Made by a program: the position numbers and the translations under genes. Shown in pieces: positions 10,308-18,401 of a DNA stretch of 64,000 bases. The notes under the pieces are model-generated. The model was not told the origin of the DNA, did no database searches, and was given only the letters and a program-made list of their open reading frames with translations. Numbering within the stretch: position 1 is the first letter of the stretch; each line of letters starts with the position of its first letter. Source of the stretch: Clostridia bacterium (GTDB lineage Bacteria; Bacillota; Clostridia; Christensenellales; UBA1242); assembly GCA_017398655.1 (NCBI GenBank), contig JAFQFI010000055.1, positions 51 through 64,050 on the forward strand. Reading direction: 5' to 3'.

Positions 10308-10336
10308 AACAAAAATCTTCAAAAGAGGAGGGTTAA

Positions 10337-11905
10337 ATGACTAACGATTCTCGAATAAAAGATATAATTTATAAGCGTAAAAACGGAACAACTTTGGTTA
10401 ATGACCCAGAAGCAATTAAAAGTTGTAAAACTGAGCAAAGCAGAGATGTTATTGATAACGCTAGATTAGGTAGTTATGATAAGTATGGTAATTATGTAAT
10501 TATTCCTGATATAAAAAGGGAACTTATTTCTATGCCAAAACTTGTTTATAGCACTGATTCTGTTAATGGCAGTACTGTATATAATTTAAAGGGCACAATT
10601 CCTATTTTTGGAGATGTGTTTTTTAAGTTAACTTTAGGAAAATCTGAAGCAAAACTTACAGTTACAGAATCTGTTAACAGAGAAGCAGGTGGATATTTAG
10701 AAGTTTATGATGAAGTTCTTGACAGTTTGCCAATGGGAAATGGTGGATTGCCAAGTGCTATTATTTTTAGAAATTATCATATTATTGAAAAACCAGAAGA
10801 TTGGGGAAAAAGAGAAAACTTTTCTTGTGACAATATTTTAACCAGAAAAGTTTATTTAAATTTACTTTCTAAAGAGTTAAGAAAAACATCTACTTTTGAT
10901 GAGCACTCTGCTTTTGAAAAGATGATTTCTACTTTAAAAACTTCTGGAGAGTATGGTAAAAGAGTTTTAAACGAATTTGTTGGGCGTTTAAAAGATCGTC
11001 CTGCTATATTTGAAATAGAGCAAACCGATCATTACGACAAAGCTTTAAATGAAGTTTTATTAAGTTCTGTTGATATTGCAACAACAGAGGCAGATAAAGA
11101 AAATTTAGACACAAGACAAACTTATATAACAGTACTTAATGCCAGAAATGAAAATATTGATGAAGAATTAAGAAGAGCAAACAGTAGGGTTGATGAAAGC
11201 TATGTAATGAGCATAGTTAAAAAGGCAGCAGATGCTTTTGATAATCAACAAGAAACTGTTTCTGAAGAAGAACTTGCAGACGAATTTTTCTCAAAACTTG
11301 CAGGACAAAAAACTTCTAACTATAAGCGTTATTCTTTAGAAAAACCAATTTTAAAACAAGGTAAAGAAAGCGAAGAAGAAGCTGCAGCAAATAAAGCAAA
11401 ATCTAAAGAAGATAAAATTAAAGATATTTTAGAAAAGAAAGATGGAAGCAAGAAAAAAACACCTGCAGGCAAAAAATTAAAAGCAGCAAAAGGCAAAAAT
11501 GCTGCAAGTAAAAAACTTAAAACCAAAGGCAAAGGAAAGGGCAACAAAGGTAAAGCAAAAGCCAAAGGTGGAAAGAAAAAGAACCTTAAAAAGGGTAAGG
11601 TTAAAGGAAAGAAGAAAAAAGTTAAAAAAGCTTCTCCGGCAAAAGCCAAGGCAAAAGGAAAATCTTTCTCTTCTAAACCGGGTGGTGGAGAAAAGAAGAA
11701 AAAGAAGAAAGACGAAAAGAAAAGCTTACATATGAAGATGGGTCCACTTCTTAGACAAAACGCCGTAAAACAAGCAATTTCTTCTAACCTTAATATAAAA
11801 GTAGCAGAACAAAACACTCAACAAACTGTTGTGAAAAATGAAAATGAAATTAAAGAATTTGTTAAAGAAACACCTACAAAAAGAGATGAAAGGGGTGGAT
11901 ATTAA
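10337..11905 (+). CDS. Hypothetical protein: about 330-aa unknown N-terminal domain plus a lysine-rich (K/A/G) low-complexity tail
   Basis: Strong AGGAGGG RBS and a long ORF. Tail: KGKGKGNKGKAKAKGGKKKNLKKGKVKGKKKKVKKASPAKAKAKGK...KKKKKKDEKK. I recognise no family. Confidence 0.6.
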   Translation: MTNDSRIKDIIYKRKNGTTLVNDPEAIKSCKTEQSRDVIDNARLGSYDKYGNYVIIPDIKRELISMPKLVYSTDSVNGSTVYNLKGTIPIFGDVFFKLTLGKSEAKLTVTESVNREAGGYLEVYDEVLDSLPMGNGGLPSAIIFRNYHIIEKPEDWGKRENFSCDNILTRKVYLNLLSKELRKTSTFDEHSAFEKMISTLKTSGEYGKRVLNEFVGRLKDRPAIFEIEQTDHYDKALNEVLLSSVDIATTEADKENLDTRQTYITVLNARNENIDEELRRANSRVDESYVMSIVKKAADAFDNQQETVSEEELADEFFSKLAGQKTSNYKRYSLEKPILKQGKESEEEAAANKAKSKEDKIKDILEKKDGSKKKTPAGKKLKAAKGKNAASKKLKTKGKGKGNKGKAKAKGGKKKNLKKGKVKGKKKKVKKASPAKAKAKGKSFSSKPGGGEKKKKKKDEKKSLHMKMGPLLRQNAVKQAISSNLNIKVAEQNTQQTVVKNENEIKEFVKETPTKRDERGGY

Positions 11906-12030
11906 CAAAATTAATTAAAGACGACAACGAACTTGCAAAAGAAAGTGTTACAAGGATAGAAAATAGAATAAATCTTACTAAAGTTGGTCGCAATGAAGAA
12001 GTTGTTTCAGAATCTACTGGAGTTATTTCT

Positions 12031-12354
12031 ATGATGGAAAGAGAACATTCTGTTGGTCTTAGTAAAGGTGGTTGGAGCAAACCGTTAACTGGACAAAGTG
12101 AAACAACACAATCTACCCCGATAGGTGAGTTTGGCTCTTTTATTTCCTCTTTAAATAATAATCCAGCAGAGGCAACACCTTCAACATCAGGAAGCCCATT
12201 GGAAAGAATGGTTCATAATCTTGAAACCGGTTCGCCTTCAGCAAATGTAACTCCAACCGAAAATCCTTTTATTAGGACAATTGAGGGGTCTCAACCTATT
12301 ACTTCTGCTACGGCACAATCACCTGCAGCGACTACACCTACATTAGAAGAGTAA
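12031..12354 (+). CDS. Hypothetical S/T/P-rich protein. It may be the C-terminal continuation of the 10337 ORF.
   Basis: The frame is open from 11890 with no canonical start before the ATG at 12031 (GGAG 8 nt upstream). The sequence looks disordered. Confidence 0.35.
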   Translation: MMEREHSVGLSKGGWSKPLTGQSETTQSTPIGEFGSFISSLNNNPAEATPSTSGSPLERMVHNLETGSPSANVTPTENPFIRTIEGSQPITSATAQSPAATTPTLEE

Positions 12355-12405
12355 AGATAAAATTTTTTTGTGTAAAAAATCTAAATAAATTTATAAAAAT
12401 AGGTA

Positions 12406-12434
12406 TTTACAAATAAAAAAAACAATAATATAAT
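12406..12434 (+). promoter_or_regulatory. Sigma-A-type promoter (TTTACA-17-TATAAT)
   Basis: TTTACA at 12406-12411, a 17-nt spacer, and TATAAT at 12429-12434, about 24 nt upstream of the ATG at 12458. Confidence 0.45.
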
Positions 12435-12457
12435 AATTGCATAAGAGGGAGATTTTT

Positions 12458-13099
12458 ATGGCAAGAAATTATACAGCAGAACAACTCAAAGTATTAAATA
12501 GAGTTGCAACAAACGAGTTTGATGGTTTTGTAAAAATTGATAAAGTTTTTGATAGACAAGACCCGGGCGTTGAAAAATGTATTTATGCTCGTCTTTGCAG
12601 AGTATATGATCCAAATACAGATAGAGATATGATTTCATCTTTAGGTGGAGTTACTTATAGAAACGGAGAAAGAGTTGGTCTTGTTTTTGTTCCTGTAAGA
12701 GATGGTAAAACTGGCTCTATTGTTTGTGAAGATGGACAATTTCCAAAAGATCCACAACTTTTAGATGCAAGAGTTATATGGGAAGCTGTTAATGGTGAAG
12801 GTGAAGTTGAATCAATTTCTAAAGAAATTGTTAGCGAATACAAAGGCACTGATTTTGATGACAGATATTACACTGTTAAAGATAACGGGCAAGAAGCAAG
12901 AGTTTTAGATAAAGAACATTGTTCTTTCTTAACAGGCCCAGCAGCAGAAATGTACGCAGCAGAGATTAGACAATCTGATAAAGAAAGATTATTAACTCCA
13001 AGATATCCAGATAGTCAAATAACTGTAGAATCTCCTGCTTCAGAAGTTGTTGATGCTTCTTCATACACTTCTTTTATAACAAACGCACCTGTAGAATAA
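12458..13099 (+). CDS. Hypothetical cytoplasmic protein (no recognisable family)
   Basis: I moved the start to the ATG at 12458 (MARNYTAEQ), preceded by GGGAG. No TM helix or signal peptide. Confidence 0.6.
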   Translation: MARNYTAEQLKVLNRVATNEFDGFVKIDKVFDRQDPGVEKCIYARLCRVYDPNTDRDMISSLGGVTYRNGERVGLVFVPVRDGKTGSIVCEDGQFPKDPQLLDARVIWEAVNGEGEVESISKEIVSEYKGTDFDDRYYTVKDNGQEARVLDKEHCSFLTGPAAEMYAAEIRQSDKERLLTPRYPDSQITVESPASEVVDASSYTSFITNAPVE

Positions 13100-13211
13100 T
13101 TTGTAAATTATTAAAAAAAGTTAACAATAATTTTTATATGTAAATAATGTACAAATAAAGGTGATAAAACTAAAAAAAACATTGACAAATATTATTATAT
13201 ATGATATACAA

Positions 13212-13247
13212 AATTAACACTCACTTTTCAAGGGGTGTTAATTTTTT
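13212..13247 (+). terminator. Terminator-like hairpin (AATTAACAC/GTGTTAATT plus T-run) between the orphan gene and rpmG
   Basis: 9-bp stem, 14-nt loop, then TTTTTG. It is interleaved with a TTGACA(13182)-17-TGaTATACA promoter-like match. Confidence 0.45.
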
Positions 13248-13264
13248 GAAAAAAGGTAATTATT

Positions 13265-13414
13265 ATGAGAGACAGAATTACTCTTGCATGTACAGAATGC
13301 AAACAAAGAAATTATGATTCTTACAAAAACAAAAAGAATGACCCAGACAGAATTGAAATGAAAAAATACTGCAAATTCTGCAAAAAACATACAGCACACA
13401 AAGAAACAAAATAA
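13265..13414 (+). CDS. rpmG: 50S ribosomal protein L33 (Zn-ribbon, four-Cys form)
   Basis: A 49-aa ORF that is not in the supplied track: [49 protein letters not shown]. CxxC...CxxC pattern. Conserved position upstream of secE-nusG. Confidence 0.9.
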   Translation: MRDRITLACTECKQRNYDSYKNKKNDPDRIEMKKYCKFCKKHTAHKETK

Positions 13415-13488
13415 TTTAATTTTGTTTTTTTGTTAATTTTGTAGGCATTGTGTGTTTAATTTAGGCAGTGCTTATGTTGGAGGTTTAA

Positions 13489-13791
13489 ATGGCTAAAAGC
13501 GAAAAGAACTCTACAAAGGAAGAAAAAGTACTTACTAAGCAAGAACTAAAAGAACAAAAAAAGCAAGAAAAGCTTAAAGCAAAAAAAGCCAAAGAGAAAA
13601 AAGAAAAGAAAGGTGGCTTATTTAGAAAATTAAAAGAAGCTTGGTCAGAACTTAAAAAAGTTACTTGGCCTACTTTTGCTACAGTTGTTAAAAAGACAGG
13701 TGTTGTTATATTAGTTGTTTTAATTTTTACAGTAGTAATATTTGGCATTGATTATTTACTTGGTCTTTTATACAATTTGTTTTTATCTTAA
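13489..13791 (+). CDS. secE: Preprotein translocase subunit SecE with a K/E-rich N-terminal extension
   Basis: C-terminal EL.KVTWPT...single TM helix typical of SecE. Synteny rpmG-secE-nusG. Confidence 0.85.
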   Translation: MAKSEKNSTKEEKVLTKQELKEQKKQEKLKAKKAKEKKEKKGGLFRKLKEAWSELKKVTWPTFATVVKKTGVVILVVLIFTVVIFGIDYLLGLLYNLFLS

Positions 13792-13834
13792 TTAGTTAAG
13801 TTAGTTAAAAATTTATACCTTACTGGAGTATTAA

Positions 13835-14359
13835 ATGGAAGAAGAATTAGAAGCAAAATGGTATGTGTTACACACCTTTTCTGGCTATGAACAAGTTGCA
13901 AAAACCAATCTTGAGATTGTTGTAAAAAAATACAATCTTGAAGAAAGAATTTTTGACATTATTATTCCTATGGAAGAAACCATTGAAGAAAGAAATGGCA
14001 AAAAGAAATTGGTTACAAGAAAACTTATGCCTTGCTACTTGTTAGTAAAAATGAAATATGGTGATGACCTTTGGCACAACATTACAAGAACTCGTGGTAT
14101 TACAGGTTTTGTTGGTCCAAAAGGAAGACCACTTGCCTTAACTCAAGAAGAAATAAGAAAACTTCACCTTGAAAAGATTGTTGTTAATATAGATTTAAGA
14201 CCAAACGATAAAGTTGAAGTTATTGATGGACCACTTAATAGTTTTATTGGAACTGTATTAAGTGTTGATGCAAACGCTAAAAAATGTAGGGTTAATGTTG
14301 AAATGTTTGGCAGAGAAACCCCAGTTGATTTAGAATTTTCTCAAATTAGAAAAATTTAA
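13835..14359 (+). CDS. nusG: Transcription termination/antitermination factor NusG
   Basis: NGN domain (KWYVLHTFSGYE) plus a C-terminal KOW domain. Synteny. Confidence 0.95.
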   Translation: MEEELEAKWYVLHTFSGYEQVAKTNLEIVVKKYNLEERIFDIIIPMEETIEERNGKKKLVTRKLMPCYLLVKMKYGDDLWHNITRTRGITGFVGPKGRPLALTQEEIRKLHLEKIVVNIDLRPNDKVEVIDGPLNSFIGTVLSVDANAKKCRVNVEMFGRETPVDLEFSQIRKI

Positions 14360-14459
14360 TTTGAAAGATTTTAAATATCTTAATTTTGTTAATAACTCTT
14401 GGTTGTAATACAACTAAGGTTTATTAAAGTGATAAAGTTTAAATCTTTATCATTATATT

Positions 14460-14501
14460 GTGGGAGAGTGCAAATCTTTTCATACACTCGATAAAAACCA
14501 C
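14460..14501 (+). promoter_or_regulatory. Structured leader element GUGG-GAGA-hairpin-CCAC upstream of rplK (candidate L1 autoregulatory mimic)
   Basis: GTGG(14460)-GAGA-stem GAGTG/CACTC-linker-CCAC(14498). It has the same architecture as the element at 14961. Confidence 0.4.
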
Positions 14502-14527
14502 TATTTGCCAATAGGCAGGAGGAAAAA

Positions 14528-14956
14528 ATGGCAGAGAAAAAAGTGAAGGCAATTGTTAAATTACAATTACCAGCAGCAAAAGCTACACCTGGACCACCAG
14601 TTGGTTCTACATTAGGACCTCATGGTATCAACATTGCAGCTTTTACTAAAGAATTTAATGACAAAACAGCAGACAAAGCAGGATTAGTTATACCTGTAGT
14701 TGTCACAATTATGGAGGACAGATCTTTCACATTTGTTTTGAAAACACCACCAGCAGCAGTTTTAATTAAAAAAGCTTGTGGAATTGATAAAGCAAGTGCT
14801 ACTCCAAACAAACAAAAAGTCGCAAAAATTACAAAAGCTCAAGTTAAGGAAATAGCAGAATTAAAAATGCCAGACCTTAATGCTGCAAGCATCGAAAGTG
14901 CAATGTCAATGATTGCTGGTGCTGCAAGAAGTATGGGCGTTGAGGTAGTTGATTAA
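14528..14956 (+). CDS. rplK: 50S ribosomal protein L11
   Basis: Full-length L11 ([25 protein letters not shown]). Confidence 0.97.
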   Translation: MAEKKVKAIVKLQLPAAKATPGPPVGSTLGPHGINIAAFTKEFNDKTADKAGLVIPVVVTIMEDRSFTFVLKTPPAAVLIKKACGIDKASATPNKQKVAKITKAQVKEIAELKMPDLNAASIESAMSMIAGAARSMGVEVVD

Positions 14957-14960
14957 TAAA

Positions 14961-15004
14961 GTGGGAGAACGCAAAAATATTTGAGTTGCGTTTGTTATTA
15001 CCAC
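14961..15004 (+). promoter_or_regulatory. Second copy of the GUGG-GAGA-hairpin-CCAC element, directly upstream of the rplA RBS
   Basis: GTGG(14961)-GAGA-stem AACGCAA/TTGCGTT-linker-CCAC(15001), followed by AGGAGG and the ATG at 15016. Confidence 0.4.
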
Positions 15005-15015
15005 AGGAGGTAAAA

Positions 15016-15699
15016 ATGAAATCAGGAAAAAGATATAAAGAGGTTTGTGCTCTTGTTGACAAAACAAAAACATACGAACCAAAAGAAGCCCTTGAATTAT
15101 TAATTCAAACTGCAAAAGCAAAGTTTGATGAAAGTGTTGAAATTCACATTAGACTTGGTGTTGATGGCAGAAGTGCTGATCAACAAGTTAGGGGCACAGT
15201 TGTTCTTCCAGCAGGTACTGGAAAAACTAAAAAAGTTTTAGTTATTGCTAAAGGCGACAAAGCTGATGAAGCTAAAAAACTTGGTGCTGACATTGTTGGT
15301 GCTGAAGAAATTATCACAAAAATTCAAGGTGGTTGGGTAGATTTTGATGTATGTATCACAACTCCAGATATGATGGGCTTTGTTGGTCGTGTTGCAAGAG
15401 TATTAGGACCTAAGGGCTTAATGCCAAACCCAAAAAGTGGAACTGTTACAATGGATGTTGCTAAAGCTATTAACGATGTTAAAGCTGGTAAAGTTGAATA
15501 TCGTCTTGACAAAGCAAACATTGTTCATGTTGGTATTGGTAAAGTTAGCTTTGGTGTTGATAAATTATTTGAAAACTTCGATACTTTAATGAACGCTATT
15601 GTTAAAGCAAAACCAGCAGCAAGTAAAGGTACTTATTTAAGAAGTATTACTTTAAGTTCTACAATGGGACCTGGAATCAAAACAACATACAAAATGTAA
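15016..15699 (+). CDS. rplA: 50S ribosomal protein L1
   Basis: Start moved to the ATG at 15016 (MKSGKRYKE) with an AGGAGG RBS. Typical L1 sequence. Confidence 0.95.
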   Translation: MKSGKRYKEVCALVDKTKTYEPKEALELLIQTAKAKFDESVEIHIRLGVDGRSADQQVRGTVVLPAGTGKTKKVLVIAKGDKADEAKKLGADIVGAEEIITKIQGGWVDFDVCITTPDMMGFVGRVARVLGPKGLMPNPKSGTVTMDVAKAINDVKAGKVEYRLDKANIVHVGIGKVSFGVDKLFENFDTLMNAIVKAKPAASKGTYLRSITLSSTMGPGIKTTYKM

Positions 15700-15709
15700 T
15701 TAAAAATTA

Positions 15710-15746
15710 ATCTGTTTAAAAGGAAACTTTTAAGCAGATTTTTTTA
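15710..15746 (+). terminator. Rho-independent terminator after rplA
   Basis: 13-bp stem ATCTGTTTAAAAG/CTTTTAAGCAGAT (one G-U pair) followed by a T-run. Confidence 0.75.
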
Positions 15747-15867
15747 TTGTAAAAAATAAAGATTTGTTAAAAAATAAGTAGTTAAAAAAACAAAAAATAT
15801 CTTGGTTATTTTGCTTTGAAAATATCTTGAAAACATATAAAATAAGACCATAGGAGATTTAAATAAT

Positions 15868-16698
15868 ATGAGTTATGCAGATGATTTATTTATTAAAAAT
15901 TGTAAAGAAATTTTAGAAAATGGTATTTGGGATACAACTGGTCCTGTAAGACCAAAATGGAGCGATGGTAGCGATGCTCACACTAAAAAAACTTTTTGTA
16001 TTGTAAACAGATATGATCTTTCAAAAGAGTTTCCTGTTATGACACTTAGAAAAACAGCTTTCAAAAATTGTGTTGATGAAATTCTTTGGATTTGGCAAAA
16101 AAAATCTAATAATATTAAAGATTTAAATAGTCATATTTGGGATAGCTGGGCAGATGAAAATGGTTCTATTGGTAAAGCTTATGGTTATCAATTGGGTGTA
16201 AAACATAAATATAAAGAAGGTGAAATGGACCAAGTTGACCGTGTTTTATATGACCTTAAAAACAATCCATTAAGCCGTAGAATTATGACAAATATTTATA
16301 CATTCCAAGATTTACACGAAATGAATTTATATCCATGTGCTTATAGTATGACTTTTAATGTTACTGGTAATAAATTAAATGGTATTTTAAATCAAAGATC
16401 ACAAGATATGTTAACAGCAAACAACTGGAATATTTGCCAATATGCTGTACTTCTTCATATGTTTGCACAAGTATCAAACTTAGAAGTTGGCGAACTTGTT
16501 CATGTTATTGCAGATGCTCATATTTATGATAAACACATTCCTCTTGTTGAAGAAATGATTAAAAGACCAACTTTTAAAGCACCTAAATTTAAAATTGATA
16601 AATCTATTAAAAACTTTTATGATTTTACTGTTGATAGTTTTGAACTTGAAGATTATGAGTACAATCCTCCAATTGGTAAAATTGAAGTAGCTGTTTAA
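15868..16698 (+). CDS. thyA: Thymidylate synthase (ThyA type)
   Basis: Conserved blocks LRKTAFKNCVDEILW, SRRIMT, LYPCAYSMTFNV, LNQRSQDM. Confidence 0.95.
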   Translation: MSYADDLFIKNCKEILENGIWDTTGPVRPKWSDGSDAHTKKTFCIVNRYDLSKEFPVMTLRKTAFKNCVDEILWIWQKKSNNIKDLNSHIWDSWADENGSIGKAYGYQLGVKHKYKEGEMDQVDRVLYDLKNNPLSRRIMTNIYTFQDLHEMNLYPCAYSMTFNVTGNKLNGILNQRSQDMLTANNWNICQYAVLLHMFAQVSNLEVGELVHVIADAHIYDKHIPLVEEMIKRPTFKAPKFKIDKSIKNFYDFTVDSFELEDYEYNPPIGKIEVAV

Positions 16699-16783
16699 TT
16701 TTTATTAAAGTAAAAATTGATATAATGCATAAAAGTAAAGATATATAGCAAATATAAAAAATAAAAATTAAAAGAGGTATAAT

Positions 16784-17314
16784 ATGAACTTAATTGTTGC
16801 AGCAGATAAAAATTGGGGAATTGGTGCAAAAAATAACCTTTTATATAACTTTAAGCAAGATATGAATTTCTTTAAAGAAATGACTATGGATAAAGTTGTT
16901 GTTATGGGCAGAAACACATTAGAATCTTTTCCGGGGGGAAAACCACTTAAAAGAAGAATAAATATTTGTCTTAATGCAGAAGAGGGTTTTGAAAGAGAGG
17001 GTGTAATTGTTGTTACTTCTCTTGATCAGTTGTTTGAAAAACTTGCTTTTTATGAAAGCGACAATATCTTTATTATTGGTGGGGCAAGCATATATAAACA
17101 ACTTTACCCATATTGCAAATATGCATATATAACTAAAATTGAAGATAGTAAGGAAGCAGATACTTTCTTCCCTAATTTAGATAAAGAAAAAGATTGGGTT
17201 TTGGCAAAAACTGGCGACCCTATGTATGAAGACAATACAGTATTTTATTTTTGTAAATATGAAAATAAAAATGTTAAAAAATATAATTGGGCTATAAAAC
17301 CAGATTTAATTTAA
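16784..17314 (+). CDS. folA: Dihydrofolate reductase
   Basis: MNLIVAADKNWGIG...VVMGRNTLES...IIGGASIY. Directly downstream of thyA. Confidence 0.9.
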   Translation: MNLIVAADKNWGIGAKNNLLYNFKQDMNFFKEMTMDKVVVMGRNTLESFPGGKPLKRRINICLNAEEGFEREGVIVVTSLDQLFEKLAFYESDNIFIIGGASIYKQLYPYCKYAYITKIEDSKEADTFFPNLDKEKDWVLAKTGDPMYEDNTVFYFCKYENKNVKKYNWAIKPDLI

Positions 17315-17331
17315 TTAGTAGTTTAAAATTT

Positions 17332-17359
17332 AAAGAGATGTTTAACATCTCTTTTTTTT
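17332..17359 (+). terminator. Rho-independent terminator after folA
   Basis: Stem AAAGAGATG/CATCTCTTT followed by a T-run. Confidence 0.75.
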
Positions 17360-17539
17360 ATATTCAAAATTAAAACAAACAAAATATCTATTGATAAAAT
17401 TTAACTTATGTTGTATTATTTCTAAGTAAATTTATATATTTTTTATAAATAATTTTTTTAATAAAAATTTATAATTTATAAAACAAAAGGAGACGATTGC
17501 TTTAGTATTTTACATTAAGCAATCGTGTTTTATTGAATA

Positions 17540-18358
17540 ATGAACAAATATGAAATAAATGTGGATAAGCCACAAAAGTTAAGTGATGTTTTATATAATT
17601 TTGGTTTAAAGCCAAGTCAGGTAAATAAATTATTTTCTAAAAAAGATGTAAGGGTTGATAATGTTAGGCAAAGCAAAGATAGTTTTGTTTTAACAGGTCA
17701 GTCAGTTATCTTTTTTATGCAAGACGAAATATCTAAAAAATATGAAATTTTTTATGAAGATGAAAATATTTATATAATAAACAAATATGAGGGTATAGAA
17801 GTTACTGGCGAACAAGGATTGGAAGGTCAATTAAAAGCAATAGCTGTTCATCGTCTTGACAGAAATACTAAGGGCTTACTTGTTATGGCAAAAAACAAAG
17901 AAAGCGAAGAAAGTTTATTAGATGGCTTTAAAAACAGAACAATAACAAAAAAATATTTGTGTGAAGTTGTAGGTGATACAAACTTTAAAAATGAGTTAAA
18001 AGAAGCTTTTTTATTTAAAGATGCTAAGCAATCTATGGCGTTTGTTTCTATTGACCCAAAACCACACTCAACCAAAATTCAAACAAGGTTTAATACTGTT
18101 AAAAAGGGTAGTCAAACAAGTATTGTTGATTGCGAATTGTTAACAGGTAAAACCCACCAAATTAGGGCTCATTTGGCTTTTTTAGGTCACCCAATATTAG
18201 GTGATGGCAAGTATGGCAAAAACGAAGATAATAAGAAATTTAAAGAAAAAACACAAAAATTATTTTGTTATTATTTGAAGTTTGACAAATTGTTAGGAAA
18301 CTTAAGTTATTTAACAAGTAAAGAATTTATTTTGTATCCAACTTGGTTTAAAAAATAA
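17540..18358 (+). CDS. RluA-family pseudouridine synthase
   Basis: S4-like N-terminus. Catalytic HRLDRNTKGLLV. C-terminal GKTHQIRAHLA. Confidence 0.85.
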   Translation: MNKYEINVDKPQKLSDVLYNFGLKPSQVNKLFSKKDVRVDNVRQSKDSFVLTGQSVIFFMQDEISKKYEIFYEDENIYIINKYEGIEVTGEQGLEGQLKAIAVHRLDRNTKGLLVMAKNKESEESLLDGFKNRTITKKYLCEVVGDTNFKNELKEAFLFKDAKQSMAFVSIDPKPHSTKIQTRFNTVKKGSQTSIVDCELLTGKTHQIRAHLAFLGHPILGDGKYGKNEDNKKFKEKTQKLFCYYLKFDKLLGNLSYLTSKEFILYPTWFKK

Positions 18359-18401
18359 AAACTTTATTTTAAAAAAATATAAAGAACAAGGAAAGATTAC
18401 A

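Noticed and set aside
11880-11905. Programmed -1 ribosomal frameshifting joining the K-rich ORF to the downstream ORF.
   Set aside because: The -1 frame has a TGA at 11887-11889, so any shift would have to occur within 11890-11902. That region has no X XXY YYZ heptamer and no obvious downstream stimulatory structure. A homopolymer (G4) indel or two separate genes are more parsimonious.
13182-13247. A promoter-proximal hairpin plus T-run upstream of rpmG, read as a transcription attenuator for L33 (for example, zinc-responsive).
   Set aside because: With the TTGACA-17-TGaTATACA promoter match, the predicted +1 (about 13217) falls inside the 5' arm of the hairpin, so the full stem would not be in the transcript. 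The simpler reading is a terminator for the upstream orphan gene overlapping the rpmG promoter. I see no Zur-box-like palindrome.
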